From: Ramazzottius varieornatus
Taxonomy: Eukaryota > Animalia > Tardigrada
Assembly (NCBI GenBank): GCA_001949185.1
Contig: BDGG01000012.1
Coordinates: 612,973-676,972, forward strand
Direction of reading: 5' to 3'
Length of the DNA: 64,000 bases
Both the position numbers and the translations under genes were made by a program. Positions within the stretch are counted from its first letter, which is position 1. Each line of letters opens with the position of its first letter. Under the pieces are notes generated by a model. The model worked only from the letters and a program-made list of their open reading frames with translations, ran no database searches and was not told the origin of the DNA. Of this stretch, positions 39,150-51,831 are shown in pieces.

Positions 39150-40069
39150 GTCCTCTAGCATCCCCGTCACAGCGCTTCTCGATGGCCGACTTGCCCAAAT
39201 CGACAGGATGGTCTTGCACGTGTCAGCCATGTCCGACACCTAAGCCAATTTTCGAACAATGAATACACAAAGTTTCTGTGGTTTGGGATCAGAGCAAGCT
39301 ATTCATGCTGGTCGACCGACGTCCATCCTAACTTGATGACAACGGGATAAAGTGGCGGAGTCAGCTTACAATAAGCCTTCCCAGAGAGACTAAAGGGGGT
39401 AGAGGAACGCGTACGTACCTCACGCCAGTTTTCCAATGATAAAGCCATTGCCGGACTAGCTTCAATCAAAGGTCGAGGTCAAAGGGATGACTTTCGATGA
39501 CCCTGATGCTCGGACAAACCGAGAGTTCGGCCAAACCTGACAGAACGAGCAGCTGCGCATTAACTGACTCCTAAGTGGAATCACGCTTGCCAAGGATCTG
39601 ACTGATCTGTACCCTACCTGGAGCGTCTCCCTTTCTAAGTTTCTTTCCGTAGAACTTATCGCAGGTTTCTCGTTTGAAACCAGCTACCGGCGGAGGAGAA
39701 CTGTTACCGGAACGTCAGCGCCGAACAGCCGTATCCCTGTTGACGAAAGAGCCAGCTGATGGACATTCCGGAACCAAGAAATCCCGTGCTCAAAAGACGC
39801 TTCGTGCTTCCTTCGTCCTGCTGCTTTCCTCGTTGCCACATGTTGACGCTTGGATCTCGGGTTGACGTAGACCATGCAGTGTACTGCTGAGTTTTCACGT
39901 TCCATATCATCGTGCTTGGAGGCTGTATACCAACCGTAATGTAACCGACTCTGCCGGGGCGTGACCTCTGTACGCATCAGACCAATGGTAATGCTCGTTT
40001 GTAGTGGTAAGTGCCTCTACGGCTTCCATATTTTACGGCTCTACGGCATACACAGCGGCTCCTCTACCC

Positions 40070-40741
40070 TAGTGATGGTCTAATATGGGTTAATGAGATC
40101 TAATATAATAAAAACAAATATCCGCCGTCCATCAGAGTTCTAATAAGTGACCACTACTATAGTAAAACGTTCACCTGATTTAATAAAATATTACTATAGT
40201 AGAACTTTCGGGGGTTTGTTATTAAAATATATTTTAATATCGGAGAGCTCGACGGAAGATCTGAAGATTCAGAATCTCAACCATCAGATCAGCAAAACTA
40301 CTGTAGTACAGCCTGCACCCTGCACCTGCACACTGTAACATGGCCGGTTGAAGTGTCAGACTGTATGAAAGTTCGCAATGCTTAAGGGTATTTATTTAGG
40401 AGTAGCCCTACTGTGCTGCTGTAGAGGCATCATTATGGTGTGGCGCACTTTATAAGGCGTGGTCGCACATCGAGAAACCAACGCACACGCATCAGAATTT
40501 AGCAAATCAACAAGTTTTTCGAATCAGCGGTAGCGTTACCCGTATTAAAATATATTTTACTATAGACGATGGACAACTTAATAATAATAAAATATCACAC
40601 TTCCGGTTTCAAGCTACTAAAATATAAATATTGGAAGGCGGTGCCCAGTTCTGTTTACTAAATATTACTAAATATAGTAGATGCTCAAACCATCGACTAT
40701 CATCTACTTTAGTATAATATTACTATATTAGAACATCACTA
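40070..40741. mobile_element. Non-autonomous hAT-type MITE (672 bp), AT-rich
   Basis: 17-bp TIRs TAGTGATGGTCTAATAT / ATATTAGAACATCACTA; probable TSD CTCTACCC / GTCTACCC (right copy offset by 2 nt); subterminal TAATAT/TACTA/AAATAT repeats. Confidence 0.8.
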
Positions 40742-41151
40742 CAGTCTACCCCCTCTAGCCTCTCTGGCCTTACATCATAAATGCCATTTAAGTGTGACAT
40801 CACAACCATTACACGCGGTACATGCATCACGGAACGAGCAGCCAGCTGTTCGGACGCGCTCATGAATCACATCTCTGGATCCCACGCATTTCAGAGACTC
40901 CAGACGGCGGTTCTTAAGCATCTCTGCGGAACAATTGAAACTTGAAACTTGGACACCGCCCAAATTGGTCCCTGACTGTAGACAGCTCGTGTTGGCTGTT
41001 GGTCCCGTTCGGGCGCATCGACCGCGACCGGTAGTTCCGCCGGAGTTGGCTGTTCTCGTTTCCCAACTTTCCTTTGCTGGATTTAACCGTGGCGTGTGTC
41101 TACTGCATGAACCGGGATCCCGTCCTTTTTCAGAAGAGCAGTAGTCCGCGT

Positions 41152-44145
41152 ATGGAGGCCCCTTGCAACAGCATCGATAACGAAGGCGGCGTCTGCCTAA
41201 CGAAGACAGCTGATCAGCATTCTGATCTCCTTGACTCATACGTTATCATCTCCACCGCATCAACAGTCATCACTTATTCCTTATTGCTTCTCGTTGCGTA
41301 TCTGTGCAAGAAGATGTGGATGCAGCAATCCATCATCGCTAAATGGGCTAAGATTGGTTACGCTGGTTTAGTGGGAACGGTAAATATCACAAATATCTAG
41401 CTAGAGCGATTCCTCTTTATAACTTATATATGTTTGCAGATGGGCTTTTCAGTTTCAGACTTCAGTCCATTTGCAGGTAAAAGAGGAAAGCAGCAAACAT
41501 GGAGGACATGTGGTGGCGTCCGTGTTGAAGGTAAGGAACCGCATATACAGTTTTCTACTGCATAATTTTGTGCCTTATTGACGAGTCCACCTGTTGCATT
41601 TGTGGCATTACATTAAATTTACCTTGTCTTTCTTCGACTCCAGTCTCACGATGTTTCCCACGTGTTTTGTCTTTCTGGAGGCCACATCTCGCCCATCCTG
41701 GTTGCATGCGAGAAACTGGGGATTCGCGTGGTGGACACGCGACATGAGGTAAGGTGGAGCTCCTCAAATTTACTTCCGGTTCGGAAGTGTTATTGTGCCA
41801 GACAGACATATCTGGCAAGTCAGATGATTCCATTCCTCTGATTTGCCTTCAGGTTAACGCGGTGTTTGCTGCGGACGCGGTATCGCGTCTTTCTGGCAAG
41901 ATCGGAGTGGCAGCAGTTACAGCTGGCCCTGGAGTGACCAACACGGTGACGGCCATGAAGAACGCCCAAATGGCCCAGAGTCCGCTTCTTCTTATTGGTG
42001 GATCAGCTGCCACCATTCTAAAGGTCAGCACTCGTTCTTTCCCGATTCAGCCTTATGTGGTACGTTAACTATGTTCTTACAGGGACGCGGAGCACTGCAG
42101 GACATCGACCAGCTGTCTTTGTTCAACTCCATCTGCAAAGCCACCTTCTCCGTTTCAAGGTATTGATACCTATCTGGAAGTGAAACGATCACTCTGTGTT
42201 TTATAAAATTGTCTCTCTCTAACTCTTCAGTATATGTCTTTTCAGAATGCAGGATATCGTGCCCACAGTTAGACGAGCCATGCAGATCGCTCAGTCCAAC
42301 ACTCCCGGACCGGTTTTTGTCGAGTTCCCTCTAGACATTCTCTATCCATTCAAAGTGGTATCTGATACCTTTGTCAAACCCGGTGGCGGAAAAGCCAAAA
42401 CCTTCGCTGCAAAAATGGAGCAGTTGTAAATGCTCTCTTGAACCAACCTTTCTCGTGCCTTGTCATGTACATAGTCATTTCTGTTTTAGCATTTCGAATA
42501 CGTACCTTCATGGGATATTCGCCGAGAGCGCGAAGAGCCACGACACCGCACCACTACCTGTCACCCGTCCCACAGTGGCGGATGGTGACATCAGTCTGAC
42601 TGTCGACCTTGTGCTGCGAAGCAAGAAGCCGATAATTTTGGTGGGAAGTCAATGCACGTTGGCACCGACCCCCGTCAACGATCTGCGACGGGCTCTAGAA
42701 GCTCTGAGAATTCCCGCGAGCCTCTCCGGCATGGCCCGTGGCTTGCTGGGCAAAGACCCAGACTTCCAGATCCGACAAGCTCGCAAGGACGCCATCAAGG
42801 AAGCTGACTTGATCATTCTGTGTGGAGCTGTGGCTGACTTCCGGCTGAACTATGGGAGGGATTTTAGACGAGGAAAGAATATCGTCTCGGTCAATCGCGA
42901 CAAAAAGTTGGCAGGTTTGGTACGTTCTGTGCTCCCTAAGCTAATGACGATTCTGTGCACACGAATACTGCTTACAATTATTTTTCGTCAGTAGAACGCT
43001 GGACTCTTTTGGCAGCCGACGCTGACGCTTGGAGGCGATCCTTCGGACTTTCTCTTGCGACTTGAGCAAAAGCTGACGCAAGACGGGTATAAGGTTGACG
43101 AGACTTGGGTCGATGCTATTCAGAATAGGAACAAAGTAGCAGAAGTCAAGAACAGGTACAGTTTCAAGACAGTCTTCGTAATACGTCACACATTGTCAAG
43201 TGCTGCGACGAGCCGATGTGGTTGGTTTCAGATTACGAGCGGAGGAGCCCACAAATGTCCACTTGAATCCCATAAAGGTTCTCCATGAGCTTGATGATAA
43301 CATGGACGACAACAGCATTCTTGTTGCCGGTAGGACCACACTGTCCTTTGGACCTTCTTAGTCAGCACATCTCATTTAGCGGTGATAATGTCCCTTCTCT
43401 CGACTGCAGACGGAGGAGACTTTGTAGCGACGGCTGCGTATGTCACTCGGTATGTTTCCGTGCGAGTCAAGTCTGGTAGTAAAGTACATACATACGTTTG
43501 CTTTATTCTTTAGCCCTCGCGGACCTCTGATGTGGCTGGATCCCGGTGCATTTGGCACACTGGGTGTGGGCGGTGGGTTCGCTCTGGGTGCCAAGCTGGT
43601 TCGACCAGACTGCGACATATGGCTCGTTTGGGGTGATGGCTCTGCTGGTTATAGCCTCATGGAATTTGACACTTTCCAACGACACAAGGTAAGCAACACT
43701 CCATCGCGCACTCGGCACCGCGAAATGTTCTGGTCTCTTCCGAAGAAGCTACGAGTGACTGACCATCTTTTTTTCTTTGCAGACACCGGTGATTGCTCTC
43801 GTGGGGAATGACGCCTGTTGGTCGCAGATTGAGCGTGACCAGACGGAACTCCTCGGAAGCAATGTCAGCTGCATGCTTTCGGTAAGCGAGGAACTGATAC
43901 AGCATTCATCCTATCTGCCCGCCGAGAAACCTTTTTCTGATCGACTTGTCTTGTTTTAGTTTTCCGACTATGACAAAGCGGTGGAAGCCTTCGGTGCGAA
44001 GGGGATCAAGCTGACTCGCGACGAGCAAAAGTCCATCGGATCGATCTTTAAGGAAGCCATCAGAACGAGTCGCGGGGGACAGAGCGTTCTGATCAACGCC
44101 TTCATTGGTAAGACCGACTTCAGAAAGGGAAGCATTTCTGTATGA
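41152..44145 (+). CDS. ILVBL: Acetolactate synthase-like TPP enzyme / 2-hydroxyacyl-CoA lyase 2, multi-exon
   Basis: N-terminal [27 protein letters not shown]|[59 protein letters not shown]-terminal [13 protein letters not shown]. Confidence 0.96.
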
Positions 44146-44453
44146 AAATTAATGACAACTATCAGCCGTACCCGTCATTCACGAATCATTGCTCATTACT
44201 TTGAAGTCTTTTTAATTTTGAAGATTTTTAGATTCATATCATAGTGTCCATATATATGTTTATGTCTCTTATGCCACTTCCGGTCTGGGCAACGATGCCT
44301 GTTCTGTTTTTATCGTGCTTGTAAAACAAAACATTGAGACATAACTCGAAAGTATCTTTAAAACTGTAAAGTAAACTACACCGGAATGTTTTTTTCTCGA
44401 TAATTTGAGACGATCTTCATCTTGATGCCGATACATAAGGATACGAAATGAAA

Positions 44454-45951
44454 TCAAGTACGAACTTGAAACAGACCAGCTTTCGTCTGGTACTTGACTC
44501 CCTTGAACGGCTTGTACTTCTCTCCAATGACATCCAGCCGGTTCACGCGCAAACCAGACATGGCCACTTGCTCCACCTTAAAATGCACGCCCAGGACCGG
44601 GTTGGCTTCCGGTGAATTCGATGTCGAGCTAAACTGAACCTGCAGAATGTTCAACTTGACAACCTGTTCGAATAAGTTTCACTGGCATATCGGGAATTCG
44701 TCTTACGGTTCCTCGGATGTTGGGCAGCTTCTGCGGGTCGATCCTTCCAACATCCCATACGCCGATCCTAGTCACCGAGTCATAGCTGAATTTGCCCTGA
44801 TTGGGTGTGAGAGAACAGTTGATGCAGCTCTTCGGCAACGGAATGTCGATCTTGACGTCTTCGACAGGACGACCCATCGTCTGCTTCTGTCCCACCGTGA
44901 TGTCAACCTTGCCGCTGGTTCCTTGCTTGAAGTGAATGTTGTGGCGGATAAAGATGGGAATGGGCACGAGGCTTGACGTACCGATGTGGTAGGACATCAA
45001 CCGGAAGTGCCCGTCGGGCGGAATGAAAGAAAGGAGCCTGTCAGACTCCCAACGCTTAAAGCGAACGCAGGGGTGGAAACTGACGTCGTCGAAGATCCGT
45101 GCGTTCATGAAGCTAAGTTGCAGGTCGGGAACGCCGCTCAACTTCATCACGCTGTCGATATACCCTGCAAAGACATCACAAGTTGATACCCTAATTTACT
45201 AATTCGGTGAAACCTTACCCTGAATTTCCGCGCTTACAACTCCGCCTGATTTATCGATGATAGCATCGACTTCTTCGATTACATCGAAGTAAGCTTCGTT
45301 GTTTGTGTACTTGACTCCCAATCGCCGCCAAGGTACATTCGAAAGTTGTCCAGTTGGCAGAGTTGAAGCAACACTGAAAACATGCTCGCATTACTTTAAT
45401 GTTATACAGTGCGATAACATTAGCTTCCGGTTACACTCTCTGAAATTAATTAATCGACTGTTACGAGAATAACTCTGGCGGATACAAAAGACTTACTTCG
45501 AGCTTCCGGTGACAGTGTTCTGTAAGTTGCGAAGGAAAGTTGGTGGTCTAATCAGCTCCTTGAGAATATTACTTTCAGTGGCTAACGGGTATCCATTATC
45601 GAGGATCTCATCCAACAGCTGGTACACCACGACAAAGTGCTCCTTGATGGTTGTCTCTTTGCTATCACCGAAGTAATCCTCGAATATGTCGACGATTCTG
45701 TGTAGAATCTCAATGACATACAGAGGCGGGCATTCTTTGGTGACGACGCCTATGAAGAAGAGGTTGGAGCGATGGACGCTAATTAGGTAGTGGTGTGGCG
45801 TGTGGATGACGGGTGGGATCTCCTCCAGGTTGCGGTGCTTCTTCTGGGCTTCGAAGAAATAGTCGCAGATGCTCCGATGTATCACCGACTTCCAGTGCTT
45901 CTCCATGAAGACATCCCCCGAAGAGTTTAGTATGAAGAAGCTGTGGATCAT
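44454..45951 (-). CDS. AP3M1: AP-3 adaptor complex mu subunit, 4 exons
   Basis: MIHSFFILNSSGDVFMEKHWKS, NGYPLATESNILKELIRPP, VPWRRLGVKYTNNEAYFDV, DDVSFHPCVRFKRWE, EKYKPFKGVKY. Confidence 0.97.
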
Positions 45952-46135
45952 CTTGCTAGACCGGAAGTGCTATTGGACAAGCATATATGCTCTTTGCAAC
46001 GTCCAATTCGGGGTAACCTAAAAACCAAAGACCCTGACTTTCATATAGTCCTCCTCGGCGACTAAATATGGAATCCTGGGAGATGCACCATGCATACAAC
46101 ATGCTGGTAAGGTTCGTAACGACTAAACAATACAC

Positions 46136-49100
46136 CTACGTGTTCAGGGGAAGAGCTGCTCTCCCCTCTATCGAGGTCTTCTTCCTTCTCGGTTCCTCCA
46201 CCGACGGTACGGCAAGCTCAGAGACGCCAGTGCGCAGACCAGGGTTGCACCTGCAACATAGAACCTTTTGTCCAACTATTGACCTTCCGAACTTTGTCAA
46301 GAAGGAAGAATTTGAAGATGCTTCGAGAATCAAGAGTTGAGACTCAAGAGAATCGTGGAGGACGGCAGCTGCGAGATTGCGAGTTGCTGTCTGCCTATAT
46401 CCCCTATGACAAGACGTGACCACTGTAATGTGATGTAATGTTATGTCCTGTCACGGCATCTTCTCTCGTGTGAAGTAAGCTGTCAAGAACGATCGGACCT
46501 CTGCACAGTAGGCTCAAACATTAAATTTGTGGGATAGTGATACAGCCGGCTTTGCAGTTACATCGTTCAACGTAAAATTTTCAAATTTGGTCAAGAACAT
46601 CACACTTTGCAAGAGTATAGAATCGGGACAGGGTCGTCAACAGGAGACACTACAACAACTTGCGACCTGAGGACAACGAGAGGAACGCCAACAAAGTTGA
46701 TCGATAAAAAAATTCTTCAAGCAAAAGGCTTCAGTTGATCACATTAGTATTACACCTGAGACATCTCAGAGGGAAAGAGATCGAAACCATATTTACAAAC
46801 AGAAGTCCAACAGCGACCTCAGCCACTTTGGCTGATTGATCGATCCAGTCGGGTGACTGGGTTCCCGGTTGCGCTTCCTGACCCAGCGGCCTTTGTCCGG
46901 ATGGAAGAATACGTAGTACAGCAGCATGATGACGATGCCGATCCAAAATCCCCCGATCACAGCCGCCATGGCCGGAATACGAAACCAGTGCGTTTCGTCC
47001 TGAGTGTGGTGGTACCACAGCGCCACTAAAATGACATTCTCAACATAGTACAAAAAGTAGTAAAAAACATATTTCCATTTGGTCGGAGTATCCTTGACGT
47101 TGATGAAAGCGAAGAGGTACAGACAGCCCATGGCTATGTCATACAGGTACTCTAGCCAGCGGTTATAGCAGAAGTCCGTATGTTGGGTCAGGATCCAGCC
47201 GATCATCACGATGACGTGGACGGCACAGGCAACAGGTCCCCAGAAGCGGAAGTGGACGGTGAAGAGCGCGATGGCGATCACGCGGGAAGCGAAGACGAAT
47301 AGGTGCCAGCCGAACTGCATGATTGTCCCCATCAGCGACATCGAACCTATAAAGCGACAAACATCGGCTTCTCAGTCACTTTCTTCCTGACTAGTTTTTA
47401 CGAAAGGTTTTATGTCATATCTGAGTCGTCTACAACTTTGGTTTCAAGTCAGGCTGAGTTTTTGAGTGCCATTTCTGTTATCGGTATCGGATGGGAAAAA
47501 TATGAGAGGAATCTAGGCTAACTTACGAGGGCACGGTCAGGGCGATCAGACGCCGATCTTCGTTTTGATGCTTTTACCTGATGGGTATGTCTCCTACCTT
47601 ACTATAAAGAGCAGGAAGAAATGCTATGAACCCCTCCCTGGAGCTGGAGAAAAACTGAAAGCGTGAAGCCATTGTCTACCCCGTATAGCATGACTAAGTT
47701 CTTGGGATGTCTACTGGTCCTTGTATCGTGGGTAGCATGGAGTCACCGGTAGCAAAAANNNNNNNNNNNNNNNNNNNNNNNNNNNNNNNNNNNNNNNNNN
47801 NNNNNNNNATACCTATCAGGTGAAAGCATCAAAACGAAGATCGGCGTCTGATCGTCCTGACCGTTCCCTCGTTAGAAAGAGGACTCCACCTTTTCCTGGT
47901 TGAGAAAATCTTTGGGCTCGATGGAAGGTGGCCATTGCTGTGGCCAGGGAGAACCACGATCCAAAGATCGAAATGATCTGTACAGTTTCGAGGAAGTCAA
48001 ACTTCTCAAAATTGATTTTCTTGGTAACAATGATGTAGATTTGCAGGACGAGCTGAGGCGCCGCCTCCATAAAGGCCTCGAAGAGCCTCAACATGGCGGC
48101 GTCCGCGTTCTCAAAGCACAGACTCTGATACAAATCCAGCCTTGAGACCGAATGCTCCGCCCGGTATCGGAAACGATAGCCGTACCGTAAAGAATCGACA
48201 TACCTGTTGAGGTTAAAGCAAGAATGTCATGAGAAAGACTAAATTTCTGTCGTGGTTTGACGGTAGTCGGTACTCCGGTACTCACCTTAGAACAGGCGCG
48301 AGTTGTAGCATGAGCACAATGATCCTCACGAACCATTGCTTTACTGTGATATTCTGAGCACTGGGGTTGTTCTTCTTGTCTTGCAGATACCACGCCAGGC
48401 TAAACATAGTCATCGTCAAGTGAGGCACGACAATGAAGGCTGTAGTCAGGCCGAACCAGATGTAGTCTTTGTCTCTGTACAGCCCGGCAGCCACGACCCA
48501 GTCGGACACATAGTCCCACAGGTAGGTCCCGATGGCCCATATAGTCAGCAAGACGTCGCGTTTCCGGTACGGTCTTGTGAAGGGCAGGGCATCGATTTGA
48601 TCAGGTTCTTCGGGGATGTACACCGACATGCGACCGGAATGCATCCGTTCGTAGTTCGGTCTGGAAGACTTGCCGGACGCTCCATCACTGTTGCCGGCGC
48701 GAGAGTTGATGCTGGTCAACCTGGAAGGAACAAGACCGACAGTGGGTTGTTGTATCGACTGGATGGCGACAGAGTTGTGACGAGCAAGACCAGGCTGACC
48801 ATTCCGGCTGGACGAGCCTGTGAGAGATCAAATAATAATTAAACTAACGTCCGTATCATGCCACAACGGTTAAGTCGGCCACCCGTAAATATTATTTGTA
48901 TGACGTCACAGCGGCACAGTTTAACCGATGGGCCGACTCAACGTAACTGCCTGGTCCAGTACTACAACCCAGGTCCAATTGTTTCTTACCATTGAGAGCG
49001 AAAGCTTTCTGCGAAGTGTTGCTCGAGTTTTGTATGGTGTTACTTCTCACGATACTCTTTTTGGGGCTGGAGCTTTGTCGCGTGATGGAATGTTCGCTTG

Positions 49101-49395
49101 TATAGAAGTCCGATCCCGTAGTGGCAGCGAGAGTGTAAGAAACAAACTGATCAGTAGTGTCGGAAACGCTACGTCCATAGTTAACTTTCCCTCCTGGCTG
49201 CAAGCTGACAGCTTCGTGTGTCCCTCCGCGGAACTGTACGTCTATCTCGTCGGGGTGAGAAGTGCGGTACTTCGGGAAAGCGAACGGCGACCGGTTAGCA
49301 GTTGATGGTCCAGGAGAGTTTGGTGTACCACGAGCCGTTCCTTCCGTTGCCGTGGCCGTTGCACTTGCCGACCGTCCAGAGTTGGGACTGTCCAT
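46136..49395 (-). CDS. XK-related phospholipid scramblase (XKR4/6, CED-8 family), multi-exon with a long disordered N-terminus
   Basis: YLWDYVSDWVVA, ADAAMLRLFEAFMEAAPQLVLQIYI, SRVIAIALF, YYVENVILVALW, MLLYYVFFHP. A last exon (46250-46136) is inferred from a GTAAAT donor at 46796; without it the CDS stops at 46793. Confidence 0.9.
47526..47871. mobile_element. Mariner-like TIR element spanning an assembly gap, in an XKR intron
   Basis: About 62-bp inverted repeats starting TA|CGAGGGCACGGTCAGG... and ending ...CCTGACCGTTCCCTCG; interior broken by Ns. Confidence 0.75.
47759..47808. other. Assembly gap (50 N)
   Basis: Run of N. Confidence 1.
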
Positions 49396-49889
49396 CCTCA
49401 CGACATTGGTGGTTTACCTACCAATACGGGAGCGACACTTCAGAAAGGGACTGACAGGACTCAATGAGAACAATTGCTGCACGCAAACGCAAAACACAAA
49501 GTTCGAACGAATGAAACAATCCATATTTTCCAAAACAAGGAGTCAAGGACAATATCGAGTCAATCAACAATCAACCTGCCATTCATCTTTTCCGAGTTTG
49601 CGATAATTGCGACAGATGACATCATGAAACTTTCGAATCAAGTCACCACGAGTCGGTTCTCGACAGTCAACAATCAACGCACGCGTAACATTGAGCCGGT
49701 TGTCTCAACTCTCTACTCGAGTCGGGGTATGAGCGCCTGAAATCCGACTCACTCTCGTAGTTTATCGGCAGGCAAAGCAGATTCTGTTAGCCCAAGAGGC
49801 AAGAACTCATTCCTCGAGTCTTCTTCCGGAGCATTTGTATCCGTGTTGTCTGCGAACATCTCTATCCTACTTGCCATCTTGGAGGAAGA

Positions 49890-51481
49890 ATGAAGGTAAG
49901 ACCTGATGGGACAGGATCCGCTAGTTGTCGGTTGTTGGAGATCCTGGTGTTGTGTGATGGCTCTGATGTGTGTTGTCACCCGGTATTTCTCACCGTAGCT
50001 CAACATAGCTTACCCCGCCACTGGGGCGCAAAAACTGATCGACATCGAGGATGAACTCAAAGTACGATTCCTTTATGACCGCCGCATGGCCAGCGAGGTG
50101 GAGATGGATCCTTTAGGAGACGAATGGAAGGTAGCGCTGTGAATCGTGATCAGTCTTGAGCTCCACTTTAGTACTATGCTTTCTGTCCTTTGATTGAGTT
50201 TGTTTTACAGGGTTATGTGTGTAGAATTTCTGGAGGAAATGATAAGCAGGGTTTCCCTATGAAGCAGGGTGTCTTAACTGCTGGTCGGGTACGTCTCCTG
50301 ATGTCAAAGGGAACATCTTGTTATCGTCCTCGCCGAACTGGTGAACGCAAGCGCAAGTCAGTCCATGGATGCATCGTCGACGCTAGCTTGAGTGTTTTAA
50401 ACTTGGTCATCACAAAGAAAGGTAAGCATCTTTCGTTGTAACTCATGTATGCGAATTTTTCTTGGTTTTGGAGATAGTCGGATGCTCGGAAAAGGTTAGG
50501 TTTATTAGCTGTTCCTGTTGAACTCGATCTGATCATCGGTGTTGCTGCTATTGATTAACGCTGGCGCTTTGTTTGTTTGCAGGCGATGCTGAAATGCCCG
50601 GCTTGACCGACAAGACTGTTCCCCGTCGACTTGGTCCTAAGCGAGCAAGCAACATTCGAAAGCTCTTCAACTTAACGAAAACAGATGACGTTCGACAGTA
50701 CGTTGTGCGTCGACCGTTGAAAGAGAAAGAAGGTACGTTGTCGGTTATTTCCCTTCTATTTTTCTTTGTTGCTCATACACTTTGCATCAGCTTCCGTTTG
50801 CTTTAGTGCGTTGATTTCCGAGGATCAAGTACTACGGGCCTGCTTGAGGAACTGATGTTTTTGTGTTGTGTTGCAGGAAAGCCTCAGCGAACAAAGGCGC
50901 CCAAGATCCAGCGTCTCATCACTCCCCGTCGTCTTCAGCGAAAGCGCTTCCGAGTTGCCCTCAAGAAGAAGCGCGCTGAGAAGTCTAAGGGAGAAGCTGC
51001 TGATTACGCCAAGTTGGTTCTTCAACGTGCCCGAGAAGAGAAGGAGCGCAAGGACGAAGCCAAGCGTCGACGAAGCTCTGCTTCGAAAGGTTCCGACCAC
51101 GGTAAAACCACGCCAACCCAATCCATCTCGCAGCAGCCTACGGTAAAAAAGTCCGGCAAGGTGGCTGCCCAAGCTCCTGAAGTCGCCCAGATCCTGGCTG
51201 GCAAGAAAGGACAACCTTCCGGTCTGGAAACCGTAGGGATGAAGCAGGGACCCGTGGCTCCTGGTACTAGCAAGCAGAAAGCCCAGTCAGGAGCAGGTAA
51301 GGACGCCAAGAGCAGAACCCAGGCGGGTGTGGGAGCTGGTGGTGGACAGAAGGTCGGAGCTCCTGGCCGCTCTGTCAAAGATCCTCAGACCAAGAAAGCC
51401 GCAGATTTGGCAACTGCAACCGAGAAGAAAGTCGGAGGACCCAAACCACCAGCCGGGCAGCAGCCACCCAAGAAGAAGTAA
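49890..51481 (+). CDS. RPS6: 40S ribosomal protein eS6 with a long C-terminal extension, 5 exons
   Basis: MK|[12 protein letters not shown]...DEWK|[22 protein letters not shown]...[11 protein letters not shown]...|[19 protein letters not shown]...|[11 protein letters not shown]...KRRRSS, then about 130 extra residues. Confidence 0.98.
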
Positions 51482-51685
51482 ATTCTGAGATGCTTTTATT
51501 TCTTCTTTCTTTTTATTATGCTGTAATAAAGTAAAACTTGGATAAAAAGCTGGCAGAAACCGAGAAAACGTCTTGCGGTAAGCGTTCAAAAAGTAAAAGA
51601 CTGGCGAAGATGAGATACAATTTATAAGTACTGTAAGCTAGGCGCAGTAATTACCCAGAAAGAAAGAATTGAAGAAAGAAACATA

Positions 51686-51780
51686 GCCTGCGCCAGTTGG
51701 AAAAACAATTGAAGATCGTTTCCCAAGTGGCGCACGCTTCCGGCCAATACGTAGCACTGGAGAAGCTCCGCGAGATCATA
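51686..51780. repeat. Degenerate AAGTGGCGCAC-family element (between RPS6 and Hikeshi 3' ends)
   Basis: CTGCGCCAGTT 51688-51698 and AAGTGGCGCAC 51725-51735 with the GATCGTTTCCC flank. Confidence 0.7.
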
Positions 51781-51831
51781 ATATATCGATGAGGAATCTT
51801 ATTAAACTTAATTCAGATGAGAAGATGAATT

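Noticed and set aside
41152-44145. Horizontally acquired bacterial acetolactate synthase
   Set aside because: It is intron-rich, has an N-terminal TM and ends in [12 protein letters not shown], matching the standard animal ILVBL.
50825-51589. Long antisense ORFs over the RPS6 last exon
   Set aside because: Shadow frames of a GC-rich coding exon.
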